DNA from: a virus | Lineage: Duplodnaviria > Caudoviricetes | Reading direction: 5' to 3' (one strand) | IMG/VR virus record: IMGVR_UViG_3300033551_000003 | Span: 815-64,814 of that record | Length of the DNA: 64,000 nucleotides | Part shown: positions 29,399 to 38,746 of the stretch, one piece after another | Position numbering within the stretch: position 1 is the first letter of the stretch | Layout of the letters: each line of letters begins with the position of its first letter | Notes under the pieces: model-generated | Told to the model about the DNA's origin: nothing | Seen by the model: the letters and a program-made list of their open reading frames with translations, nothing else | Database searches by the model: none | Translations under genes and position numbers: made by a program

Positions 29399-30411
29399 AA
29401 GCCTTTGCGAATACGGATAGTCTTGTGATCCGCGATCTCTTTAGTAACCTTATAGTGCTGGAGCGCGTAGTCCTGACGACCATCCCACTTCTGAACCTCT
29501 CCCAGGTAGCGCGGCGCGAACACCCGCCCTCGGGCCTCCCACACCTCACTAAGCGACATACGAATATTCTGAAGCTGTAACAATTCCTCAGCCTGCTTAA
29601 TGCGTTCCTGGTCGCGATCAATATCCCGACCGATGTAGTATCGACCCTTAGTCAGGGAGTTAAAGTCACAAAGTTGGCTCTCCATCATCGCGTAGTCGTA
29701 GTGGCCTTTGGGCAGATACGGAATGCGGGTCTTCATCTTGCCACGCATATACCTAAATAACCGATCCGCCAGCGGGTCCAGGATATCCGGGGTCTGATCC
29801 ACCGCCGCCACCCCGAAGAGCTTCGACAGGCCAGCGGCCGGACCAGTGCTGTCATCGTTCATAATATCACAAGGCCAGACCGGCAGCTTGTTAGCCTTCT
29901 GATATAGTTCCGCCGTCGTGTAGATACTCCAACGCCCATTGCCCCACGGCTCGCTTACGTTGGCCTTAAGCTGCGTCCAATCCTTCTTAGGGTCACCGAT
30001 GAACCCCTTGGTCAAGAAGGCATATGCAGACCCATACAGACGTGTGAGGCGGATAAAATCATCCAGGTGGTGGAGCACCTTACCCCCACGTAGATTACGG
30101 CGCTGCACCCCCACCGGCAGGACGCCTGTCCAGGCCGGGAGCTCCCGCCAGGGCGGGGACGCTTGAAAAGCCGCGTAGGCGCTACCGATATTGTAGAAGG
30201 CCATGTAGAGGGTTGACAGCCAAAGCCCTTCCTCCATAGGAAGACCCCTCCCCAAGTCCACAATCATAGGATGGAACGGATCGTAGTCCAGGCAGTCATA
30301 CTGCTGTTGGGAGAAGCTTACAAAGTCCCGCAGGAGTATTTCATCAAACTCATGTGATTGGTGGGCCACCGATAGTGACCCACCAACCTGCACACCCCAC
30401 CGGGCGACCAC
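29389..30411 (-). CDS. Amino acid:DNA transferase (aGPT-Pplase2-like) for thymidine hypermodification
   Basis: DYDPFHP, QRRNLRG, GNGRWSIY, MESQLCDFNSLTKGRYYIGRDID; cluster context. Confidence 0.75.
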   Translation of the reverse strand: MVARWGVQVGGSLSVAHQSHEFDEILLRDFVSFSQQQYDCLDYDPFHPMIVDLGRGLPMEEGLWLSTLYMAFYNIGSAYAAFQASPPWRELPAWTGVLPVGVQRRNLRGGKVLHHLDDFIRLTRLYGSAYAFLTKGFIGDPKKDWTQLKANVSEPWGNGRWSIYTTAELYQKANKLPVWPCDIMNDDSTGPAAGLSKLFGVAAVDQTPDILDPLADRLFRYMRGKMKTRIPYLPKGHYDYAMMESQLCDFNSLTKGRYYIGRDIDRDQERIKQAEELLQLQNIRMSLSEVWEARGRVFAPRYLGEVQKWDGRQDYALQHYKVTKEIADHKTIRIRKGFWL

Positions 30412-30415
30412 GTTG

Positions 30416-31048
30416 CTAGGCCAACGTGAGCACGCCCCGCTTCATATGCCGGTAAAGCTTCGCCCGAGGCACCCCCGCCTCAATGATCTGATCGACGGTC
30501 CGACCCACCTTGTACTGGGCAAAACATTTTGCCGCCTTGGAGCCCTCCCGGAACGGGCACTCCTTTGCCACCTTCGCCACCTTAGCGGTGGGCTCGAAGG
30601 AGCCCTTCCGGCCACGCTTGCCGGTCGATGCGCCGTTGCCTTTTGCAGCCTTGGCGGCCTTCCCATTCTTTGCCTTTTTCGTCGCACGCACAACCTTCTC
30701 CTTCTTTTCGACTGTTGACGTTTTGGCCTTCTTTTTCTTAGCGGTGGGTTCGGTCTCCGCCTTCGACTTCTTGGCCTCCTTCTCCGCGTCGTACTCTGCC
30801 ATCTCGACCAAGAGCTTCTTGACGGCAGAGGCATCGGACGGCTCAGGAATATCCTGGCCGGTCTGGCCGCAGTAGTTGGCCACGTTCACCCAATTCTGAG
30901 AGGCTTCGCTCAGATTGCCCCAATCTTCCTCAGGCACACGCCCCGCCGCCTGGGCCAGTGAGATCAGAAAGTCCTGGTCTTCCTGGTCCTCGGCCTGTTC
31001 GAGTTCGGTCAACTCAGTAAGTTCCTTCAACACCTTATCGTTCGGCAT
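30416..31048 (-). CDS. Acidic/lysine-rich putative DNA-binding protein
   Basis: Acidic N-terminus, K/A-rich linker, small C-terminal domain shared with 45415-45765. Confidence 0.55.
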   Translation of the reverse strand: MPNDKVLKELTELTELEQAEDQEDQDFLISLAQAAGRVPEEDWGNLSEASQNWVNVANYCGQTGQDIPEPSDASAVKKLLVEMAEYDAEKEAKKSKAETEPTAKKKKAKTSTVEKKEKVVRATKKAKNGKAAKAAKGNGASTGKRGRKGSFEPTAKVAKVAKECPFREGSKAAKCFAQYKVGRTVDQIIEAGVPRAKLYRHMKRGVLTLA

Positions 31049-31135
31049 AGCTTATCACTCCGACCGTTTCACCCGGGTAGGCACGGCTCATTCCGGGCCC
31101 ACCTATATAACTACATACATAACCCATGCAAAGCA

Positions 31136-31783
31136 CTATTTGGACAGGAAGTGGGATTCCACAAGCTCCCGGATTGGCGTGTCTTCTATCCCTAATAGCC
31201 GGCAAAACATCTGGTTTGTAGTCTCCCGGCGCGCAAAGGGAGTTCGACCTAGCCGCCGATGCCCGGTTAGCTCCAGCGCATCGTCTATCAGCAGGGTGAA
31301 CAACCGGGTAATTTCCTTGGGAGCCGACCGTAGCAGTACCACCGCCGTCATAACCTCCTGGACCGGGGGCAACACTGCCTCAAACGCCTGCTCGATTGTC
31401 TGGTCCCCCGCCAGGTCCGTCCCCAAAACCTCTAACCGGCGCGGGTAACGCAAGGCGAGGGTTTCTATCCGATTGAAGAACGCCCGCTTCACCAGCATCA
31501 TAAAATGCCTGTGGGCCACCGCATCAGGGTCGGTGGCCGGTAGGAAGCGTCTCAAGGAACCATCCGGGCGACGGGTCGGGGGTTGCCCCACGTAACGCCG
31601 CCTACAGTTGCAGTAGCAGATAAGTCCCTCCTGGACTAGATCCTCAATCTCAAACCCAGCGATCCGTCTATAGTGCTTGCTTGCCGTTTTGTAGATATAA
31701 CCACGCATACCTTTGTCTAGATACGGGTCCTCGTGCTTCATTGGCATACCCTTCCGTGTTGGATTCCCAGCGAAGAGACGCAC
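31136..31783 (-). CDS. Sigma-factor-like protein (region 2)
   Basis: FEIEDLVQEGLI...F..LVKRAFFNRI resembles sigma70 region 2. Confidence 0.6.
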   Translation of the reverse strand: MRLFAGNPTRKGMPMKHEDPYLDKGMRGYIYKTASKHYRRIAGFEIEDLVQEGLICYCNCRRRYVGQPPTRRPDGSLRRFLPATDPDAVAHRHFMMLVKRAFFNRIETLALRYPRRLEVLGTDLAGDQTIEQAFEAVLPPVQEVMTAVVLLRSAPKEITRLFTLLIDDALELTGHRRLGRTPFARRETTNQMFCRLLGIEDTPIRELVESHFLSK

Positions 31784-31839
31784 AACTAACTATCTGGAAC
31801 ATAAAAACCCTACCCCCGCTGCGCTACACGATCAAGCTT

Positions 31840-32832
31840 TTAATTAGCTAGTCTAACGCACATGTCTATTACATCCTGGGCTGGCATCTCACCAGGATCC
31901 TTGATACTGGTCGGCAGGTATTCGATCTCCAAGTCCAGGCCCGCGTGAGCCATACTGAACGCCTGAAACGAGGCCTCCGCGTCTAGCAGCAAAACCTGTC
32001 GGGGGAACCGGGCACGAAGCTCTGCCAACAGGTTCATCTGAGAGGACTGTAGGCTCAACCCGAATAGGCAGGTGCCGTACACACCGAAGAACCGTCCAAA
32101 GGTCGTGACCCGCATCGCGTCGAACGGACCCTCACAGATCACGAGAACCTGCGGGTCCTCGCACTCCCACAGCAACGGCAACCCTAGCAAAGTCTCCTTC
32201 GGGGCGCAGACCTGCTCGCGCTTACTTAGCGTCAAATAGCGGACCTCCTCCTTGGCTAGGATCGTGCGTGCCGTCCACGTCAGGAGCACCCCCTTCCGCG
32301 AGTACACCGGCACGATGACCCGATAGCGGAAGCGCCCCTGGGTGGCGTAGCGCAGGTCGTAGGCCTCACACAACCATTCCGCCTGTAGCTGGCGGTAGCC
32401 CCGCCCCCGCAGGTAGCGCTGGAACTGCTCCGCAAAGCGTGAGGCCCCTAGCAGGGGCTTGAACTCTTTAGGCATCCGCAACGCCTTAGGAGCAGATGGG
32501 CTGGCGTCCAACCCTAGCTGCGCCCGCACCCGATCAAATAGTTCCGCGTCCGTGGGGATGTCTGTACCCCCGCCCTCCCCGAGCAGGCGTTGGGCCTCAT
32601 CCTCCGTACAGTGTAGCAGCAATTGGATTAGTCGCAGCCCCGTATGAGGAATGCCCCGATGGGCACTACGCCAGCAGTTCCACTTTCCAGTACGAAGGTA
32701 GACCCCCAGATGCTGGCTAGGGTCCGCCGGACCGCAGAGCGGACAGTGTAGGCTCACCCAGCCACGCGCAATAGGCCGGGTGCCGTACTCGATACGGTGC
32801 TGGCGTAGGAACTTTTGCCAGTCAAGCGCCAT
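31840..32832 (-). CDS. DNA primase (Zn finger + Toprim)
   Basis: CPLC...WNCWR, RVIVPV, VICEGPFDAM, LLD, KDPGEM. Confidence 0.88.
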   Translation of the reverse strand: MALDWQKFLRQHRIEYGTRPIARGWVSLHCPLCGPADPSQHLGVYLRTGKWNCWRSAHRGIPHTGLRLIQLLLHCTEDEAQRLLGEGGGTDIPTDAELFDRVRAQLGLDASPSAPKALRMPKEFKPLLGASRFAEQFQRYLRGRGYRQLQAEWLCEAYDLRYATQGRFRYRVIVPVYSRKGVLLTWTARTILAKEEVRYLTLSKREQVCAPKETLLGLPLLWECEDPQVLVICEGPFDAMRVTTFGRFFGVYGTCLFGLSLQSSQMNLLAELRARFPRQVLLLDAEASFQAFSMAHAGLDLEIEYLPTSIKDPGEMPAQDVIDMCVRLAN

Positions 32833-33085
32833 TCGACTTTTTCTTCCTCTTCTTACTCGGCTTCCTATCCCGTAGCAAAAACTCCGGTATGCCCCCAAGC
32901 GCCTGGTGCTCCTCCTCCGTCATAAAAGTCTTACGATAATTCAGCTGGAAACCCCGGGGCCAGCCCTCGTCGCTGATTAGCGTCTGATCCTTAGCCGCAG
33001 CCGCCAAGACACGCGGTTCGACCTCAGCAAAATCCTGGGTCATAAGCGTAGGCGTGGGAGCCGGAATTGGACGACGAGCAACCAT
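32822..33085 (-). CDS. Hypothetical protein
   Basis: ORF between helicase and primase; IPEFLLR motif. Confidence 0.5.
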   Translation of the reverse strand: MVARRPIPAPTPTLMTQDFAEVEPRVLAAAAKDQTLISDEGWPRGFQLNYRKTFMTEEEHQALGGIPEFLLRDRKPSKKRKKKSNGA

Positions 33086-33087
33086 GA

Positions 33088-34665
33088 TTACATTCCTTTC
33101 AGCACCGATTGAGGATCACGCAGCAGGGCTTTCATCATATCCTCGCCCTCCTGGTGGTAGTATAGTATACGGGCATCCATAGACCCCCGTACGACTAGAT
33201 CAAATTGAAACACTCGACGGGTTTGGCCCTGGCGGCGCAATCGCTTCTCAGCCTGCTCGCGATCAATCACCGATACCGGGCTCTCGTAGAAGAAGCAGTA
33301 GTTAGCAACCTTGAGCTCATCCAGCGAGTAGGCCCCCACCTTGTTCTGGACCACGGCCAGGCGGCACTGCGGTTTCGTCTCAAAGTTGTGGATATCGGTG
33401 CGGTAGTCCTTGGTCCCGGCCCATACCCAGATAGGGTTAAGGCCCATCTCCTTCGCCCTAGCTGCGATCAATCGCCCCGACCAGGTGAAATCATAGAACA
33501 CCACCGCCTTGCGATCCACCGGGAGCTCCTCCAATAGCTCCAATAACCGATCCAGCTTAGGGTTCTCCTCAAACTCCACCTGCGCCTTCTCCCCGGTATC
33601 GTCATCCATGAAGCCCATGAAGCCCGACGACAGCTGTCGCATCCGTAGGAAGATGTTACTGACCGCCCGGGCGTTGCCCTTGGACTCGATGATGGTCTTG
33701 ATGGCCCGTTGGTAATAGGCCGCTGCCTCCTCCGGGAAGGAGACCTCCTCCAGTATGGACGTGAACTTGGGAACGTCCAGGCACTCCTTCTCCTCATAGG
33801 CGATAGACCGATGCTGTAGCATACGGCGCAGGATAGGCTCCTTGCGCCGGTCAAAGACGTACTCGCGTATGTATTTTTGCCTGTGTACTGGCACGAAGGG
33901 GTTAGGCTTATCGGTGAAGAAGGCCGCCCTAAACATACCCAACGTCGGCCCCAAGCTCGCCCCACCATCCACCAGGTAGTGCTGCGCCCACAACAGCGTG
34001 GGGTCCCGCCCGAACGGCCGCCCCGCTAGCGCGTAGCGTATCTTGGCGTGGTTACCTAGCTTCTCCACCAACCAATGGGCTAGCGAACCGTGGCCCGCCA
34101 CGGAGGTGCTCTCATCCAGGACGATAGCATCGACATCCTTAGCTAGCCGCGCCACCCGGTCCGGGTCCAGCGTCCATTTATTCTTACGCTTCTTACGTAC
34201 GGTTTTGCTAACCAAGGCCACCGCCCCAGGGTAGGTTAGGATCACAATACCGTGGACGAACTCATCTAGCTGCTGCCACTTATGCGTCGAGGACCCGTCC
34301 AGCATCACGTACGGTACGCCGATATCGTAGCGCTTGATCTGCTTCTCCCAGGTAGTGAATGCCTTGTCCGATCGCACGAAGACCAACACCCGCCGCATCC
34401 GTCCACACTTCCACCAGTACTTAATCAACTCCAGGGTTATCAGGGTCTTGCCCAGACCCATATCCAACCAGAAGCAGAACTGTGGGTAGCTCACGCCTAG
34501 CAGGAAGCAGGCCAGCTGGTGGTTGTGCAGCTTTGGGAAGAGCTCCGGCTTGGGCTTCAGCCGATCGATGGCGGCCTGAAGCTCCTCCCGATCCAGGCTC
34601 TTCATCCAAAGGTGATTGTCGCGCTTCTGCGCGATATATTTCTTAACTGCGCCGCTAGGTATCAT
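33088..34665 (-). CDS. SNF2-family helicase
   Basis: LHNHQ, LDMGLGKT, IVLDES, LRMRQLSSG, QAEKRLRRQGQ. Confidence 0.88.
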   Translation of the reverse strand: MIPSGAVKKYIAQKRDNHLWMKSLDREELQAAIDRLKPKPELFPKLHNHQLACFLLGVSYPQFCFWLDMGLGKTLITLELIKYWWKCGRMRRVLVFVRSDKAFTTWEKQIKRYDIGVPYVMLDGSSTHKWQQLDEFVHGIVILTYPGAVALVSKTVRKKRKNKWTLDPDRVARLAKDVDAIVLDESTSVAGHGSLAHWLVEKLGNHAKIRYALAGRPFGRDPTLLWAQHYLVDGGASLGPTLGMFRAAFFTDKPNPFVPVHRQKYIREYVFDRRKEPILRRMLQHRSIAYEEKECLDVPKFTSILEEVSFPEEAAAYYQRAIKTIIESKGNARAVSNIFLRMRQLSSGFMGFMDDDTGEKAQVEFEENPKLDRLLELLEELPVDRKAVVFYDFTWSGRLIAARAKEMGLNPIWVWAGTKDYRTDIHNFETKPQCRLAVVQNKVGAYSLDELKVANYCFFYESPVSVIDREQAEKRLRRQGQTRRVFQFDLVVRGSMDARILYYHQEGEDMMKALLRDPQSVLKGM

Positions 34666-36085
34666 CCGCTGAAAGCTCTTCACGCTTGGCGTCGTCAGGC
34701 AACAGGTCCCAGTAATTCTTAGGCAGGGGGTAGCTATCCAATACATACTGCCCGGTTTCATATGATTGCGTTAAAAGCAAAGTCAAACCCGCACGAGTTG
34801 TACGGCTGTGCTCAACGCTTAGACGCCCCAGCCCCTTGCGCTCCTCGGCCTCCGTCTGCGAGTAGGCCAACACCAAATCCGCCGTCTGGATGACACTAAT
34901 ATCCTCCGAGGCCATACTGGACCGCACACGCCGCGCCCCAATGGAGGCCCGGGTGCCCTGGTGCGGACACACCAAGGCTAGCCCACGCGCCGCCGCGATG
35001 CCTCGAAGCTCCTCCATATTACGCCCGATGCTGATACGGGGGTCCCGTCGATCTAGCTTCATGAGCTTGGGGTAGTCCACAATAAGCAGATTAGGCGTGA
35101 AGCCCTCCACCAACTCCAGGTAGTCCAGGTAGCCGATCAGCTGGTCTATTGTCAGGGAGCCCGTCGGGAAGTCCTTCACGACCAGCCGCCCCAAACGCAG
35201 CCCCCACTCCCCGATCTTGTTCTTAAGGATATTCCTGATGTTGGGGTGCTCAAAGTTTATGCGGGGCTTCACAGACTCACTCGGCAGGCCAACCAACTTA
35301 TCGGTTATGATCTTGTCGAACTTAAGCGCCGTGATATCCACCGACCCCTTCTCGGTAGCCGCCCCGAACAGGGCCTGGAAGTAACGCCCCATCACTTCCT
35401 CGGTGGGCATCTCCAGGCTGACGTGGGCTACACTCATACGCTGTAGCAGAGCCTGCTTCCCACAGTGGACGGCAAACCATGACTTGCCCGAACCCTTAGC
35501 AGCGACGTACAGCAACAACGTCTTGGGCACCAACCCGATGCGCTTGGCGTCCAATTCCTTTATACCGAGCGGTATAAAGTCCACGTTACTGCGATCCAGG
35601 AACCGCAGGGCCTTGGAATCAGTCAGGAACGTACCAGCGTCCAGCACCGTCTGGCGTGCAGTTAGAACCTCGTGGAAGATATGGTCCAGGTCCTCCAGCA
35701 GCTTCTCGTCGTCCTGCTGGTAACGCTCCCCGGCCTCCGCAATAGCACGCTTGTAGGTCTGGCGACGGATGAACTCGTTTACACGCTGCGCGACGTACTC
35801 GGCATTGACGGTAGGCCCCTCCGCCAGCAGCGTTGGTACCAGACGCTTTAGGACCAGGGAGTCCTCCCGCGCCCCGGTCTGGATTGCCAGATCCTCTACA
35901 TGATTGACACCCGGAGGGCGGTGGTGCTTGCGCCGATAGTTCAGGACCCTAGCCGCAAAGTCCCGGAATACCGCATCAAAATGGTCGGGCTGGACCTGGG
36001 CGGCGATCACCGCACCCCATGTATCATCGAAGCACAGCGCAGACAGCACTGATTGCTGTAGCGACGACGCTAACCGATCCGCCAT
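34655..36085 (-). CDS. dnaB: Replicative DnaB-like helicase
   Basis: AAKGSGKS, HVSLEM, LLIVDYPKLM, SEDISVIQTAD. Confidence 0.88.
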   Translation of the reverse strand: MADRLASSLQQSVLSALCFDDTWGAVIAAQVQPDHFDAVFRDFAARVLNYRRKHHRPPGVNHVEDLAIQTGAREDSLVLKRLVPTLLAEGPTVNAEYVAQRVNEFIRRQTYKRAIAEAGERYQQDDEKLLEDLDHIFHEVLTARQTVLDAGTFLTDSKALRFLDRSNVDFIPLGIKELDAKRIGLVPKTLLLYVAAKGSGKSWFAVHCGKQALLQRMSVAHVSLEMPTEEVMGRYFQALFGAATEKGSVDITALKFDKIITDKLVGLPSESVKPRINFEHPNIRNILKNKIGEWGLRLGRLVVKDFPTGSLTIDQLIGYLDYLELVEGFTPNLLIVDYPKLMKLDRRDPRISIGRNMEELRGIAAARGLALVCPHQGTRASIGARRVRSSMASEDISVIQTADLVLAYSQTEAEERKGLGRLSVEHSRTTRAGLTLLLTQSYETGQYVLDSYPLPKNYWDLLPDDAKREELSADDT

Positions 36086-36092
36086 GAGCTAG

Positions 36093-36593
36093 CTACTTAG
36101 GTTTGAACCAGCATAGAGACAGTAAGCCTGCCGCCAGGTAGCCTGGGAAGGAATGGTCTAGGCCCACCGGTATATTGCCTACGTTCAGCAACATAATCCG
36201 GGGGGTTATGACAATGGGGTTGTTACGGCTCTCCAGCCAGTGCGCCAACGCCCATGCCGATAGCTGACCGAGTGCGGCCTGCTCCTCGGACCGTAGTCTT
36301 GGCAGGTAGCGCGCAAACAGCGCCCGGACCTCCAAGGATGTACGTTGGTAGTTCGGTGGAAAGATCCGCTTCGGCAGGCGGTAGGCTGTCCCTAGCAAGC
36401 CCCGCCGCCGGAGCTCAGTGTGGATACCCTCCAGGAGGTAGTCGTAGGCCTGCGCTGTAGTATCGAGGGCCTCCGTATCCCCCAGGGGAAGAGTTCCCAG
36501 GAGGGACTTAATACGGAGCGCCACCGCCTGGAGATCGTTATTATCTAGTACCGGTAGGACCTTTAGAACGGCGTGAACGTCCCTAGACGCCAT
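36093..36593 (-). CDS. Hypothetical protein
   Basis: 166-aa ORF upstream of dnaB. Confidence 0.55.
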   Translation of the reverse strand: MASRDVHAVLKVLPVLDNNDLQAVALRIKSLLGTLPLGDTEALDTTAQAYDYLLEGIHTELRRRGLLGTAYRLPKRIFPPNYQRTSLEVRALFARYLPRLRSEEQAALGQLSAWALAHWLESRNNPIVITPRIMLLNVGNIPVGLDHSFPGYLAAGLLSLCWFKPK

Positions 36594-37038
36594 GATAAAC
36601 CCCGCAAGGTTTTTCTAAGGTTATTATTAGCCTGATAACGAACCATACACGCTGGGTCTTACCCTAACAAGAGGGCCAACCCATCTTCATTGTCGATCTA
36701 GGAGGTCGCTTTTCCGCGACCACGCCTTCAACAAGTTTAACGCCTTTCCATACGCCTTGTATTTAATAAGTGTCCGAACCGAATGCTCTACGTACGTATA
36801 GGAACCAGTCAACCAATACTCGTAACGCACTCCGTCTATCATCACAGTGATCGTGTGATCCTGGTTATCAACGGCAACGAGCTTTAGATTTTTAACCACA
36901 GGTCTACCCCGCATGATTGGTGGTCCTTCAGCACGCACGAGGATGAACGCCGAAGGACCACCGGGAGGTAACGGAAGGGCAGCGACCAACCGCTGGGAGA
37001 AGTCAGCCCCGGCCCAACACCCGTTACATACTAGACGA

Positions 37039-37467
37039 CTATTTACCTGTAAAGGACGCCTTAGCGATAGCGGCGCGGGCTTCCTTGCGCCAAACATCCA
37101 GCACGGTGATGCCACCGTCAGCAGCCAGTTCATTCGGATCATTTTCTAGCAGGGTACAAATTAACCCACGCAGCCGCTCCTCTGCACCTTGAGCCTCCGC
37201 CAACTTGGCGCGAAGCTCCTCCACCTCATCACGAAACTCCCTCCGCAGATTTGCCTCCACCTTGACGTTATCTTGTAATCGCTCTACCTGCGCTTTCAGC
37301 CGCTCGATCTCGGCCATCAGTTCCTTGTTCTCGTCATTGATATCGTGTCCCATGGAAATAATACGGCGGTTTTCGCTCTCCAGCCGCTCGATCTCGTCTG
37401 CGGCCTCTGCGCGCTCATGACGAATGCGCCGTTGAAGGGTGCGCAGCCGCTCTTCGATGTCAGTCAT
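37039..37467 (-). CDS. Coiled-coil phage protein
   Basis: MTDIEERLR...AADEIERL repeats; start inferred at the internal Met. Confidence 0.5.
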   Translation of the reverse strand: MTDIEERLRTLQRRIRHERAEAADEIERLESENRRIISMGHDINDENKELMAEIERLKAQVERLQDNVKVEANLRREFRDEVEELRAKLAEAQGAEERLRGLICTLLENDPNELAADGGITVLDVWRKEARAAIAKASFTGK

Positions 37468-37684
37468 CGGCCCCCCACACCATGCGCTTGATCTCGGCCC
37501 GTAGCCGCTTGATCTCGGCCTCTGCGCCCGCAATGAACTCGGCATTCGCCACGTCCGTCTCATGCGTATTGCCGTAGTAGCCGTGCAACTCCGGCCTAGC
37601 ACACCAGCAGATCGCATGCCCGGTCGATTGTTGGCGAACCACTGTATCATCCACTATCCAAGGTCCTGGTGTTCGTTCTGTCAT
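37460..37684 (-). CDS. Small phage protein (TPGPW family)
   Basis: MTERTPGPW...ANAEFIA; AAGGAG RBS. Confidence 0.6.
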   Translation of the reverse strand: MTERTPGPWIVDDTVVRQQSTGHAICWCARPELHGYYGNTHETDVANAEFIAGAEAEIKRLRAEIKRMVWGADD

Positions 37685-37703
37685 TGCTAATCTCCTTCCA
37701 CCG

Positions 37704-38025
37704 ATGGCACGCTTTCGAGCAAGGGGTTACTATTCTGATAAGGCACGCTTCACCGTTTTAGGATTCCTGTAACGTCGTGGCACGCTTTCGAGAAGGGGGT
37801 TACTAGACCGTTGAGGCACGCTTTCCCGTTTTGGGTTACTAGCAATCTCATGACACACTCGATTCCTGTGGATTTGTTTTGGTTTTGTGGCTCGCTATCC
37901 CGTTGTTGGGTTACTGACTGGTACCGGCGCGCTTCCTTTCGATGGTGTACTATTCCTGAACGGCACGCTGACGGACCTCGGTTTTGCTAACGAATGCTGA
38001 CACGCTGGTGGCTTCTGGGTTTCTA
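37704..38025 (-). ncRNA. TIGR array 2 (~9 units)
   Basis: GGCACGCT/GGGTTACT motifs alternating with ~36-37 nt period (37706, 37742, 37779, 37816...). Confidence 0.85.
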
Positions 38026-38449
38026 CATCGAATCATGGCGTGTACCTTCATTCTCCGGGATTATCATGTAGTCGTCACCATTCACCTCCCCCGCAAACGC
38101 TCCGGGCTCCATGCTAAACAACCGCATCAACTCGGTCGCCGCATCACCCTTGCAGTATACGCAGTCATCGGTGGCGAACACCCTTAGCCGTGCCGCCAAC
38201 AGGTCGCGGGCCGCCCACCAGGACAGTCCCGTGACCCGCAGACTCTCAGAGGCTGGATTACCGATGTACACCAGGTAGGTCATGACACCCCAGCGGGCTT
38301 CTCCACGAGCTCTATGCACTTAGCACGCACCATCGGGCCGTGTCCGGCCTCCACTGCGACAACCGCGCGCCGACAACCAGCCTCTGTCTCAAACGAAAAG
38401 CTCGCATCTAACTGACCAGTGGCTACCCAAAGTACAAGCATAACCCATT

Positions 38450-38746
38450 TCATGATTCCACTCCTCTGTCCCCATCCTCTACATCGTCAGGGTCGTTGTC
38501 CTCTGCCCACTGGCGGGCCAGTTCCTCGCTCTCTAGGGGTTCCGACGAGAAGGCCACGATGGCAGACTTACGGCGCGTCTTCCAACCTGTACCGTCCCAG
38601 TACGTCGCCCCCGGGAAGCGCCCCTCCAGGGGTTCCCAGCAGGTCAGCGTAGCGTACCAGCCCACTTCCACCGGATTGTACTGATACAGCCAGCGCTTCG
38701 AGTCGAAGGGCCGTATAACGACAATCGGTGGGAAGGTTCTAGTCAC
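38450..38746 (-). CDS. Hypothetical protein
   Basis: ORF in the small-gene region. Confidence 0.45.
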   Translation of the reverse strand: MTRTFPPIVVIRPFDSKRWLYQYNPVEVGWYATLTCWEPLEGRFPGATYWDGTGWKTRRKSAIVAFSSEPLESEELARQWAEDNDPDDVEDGDRGVES

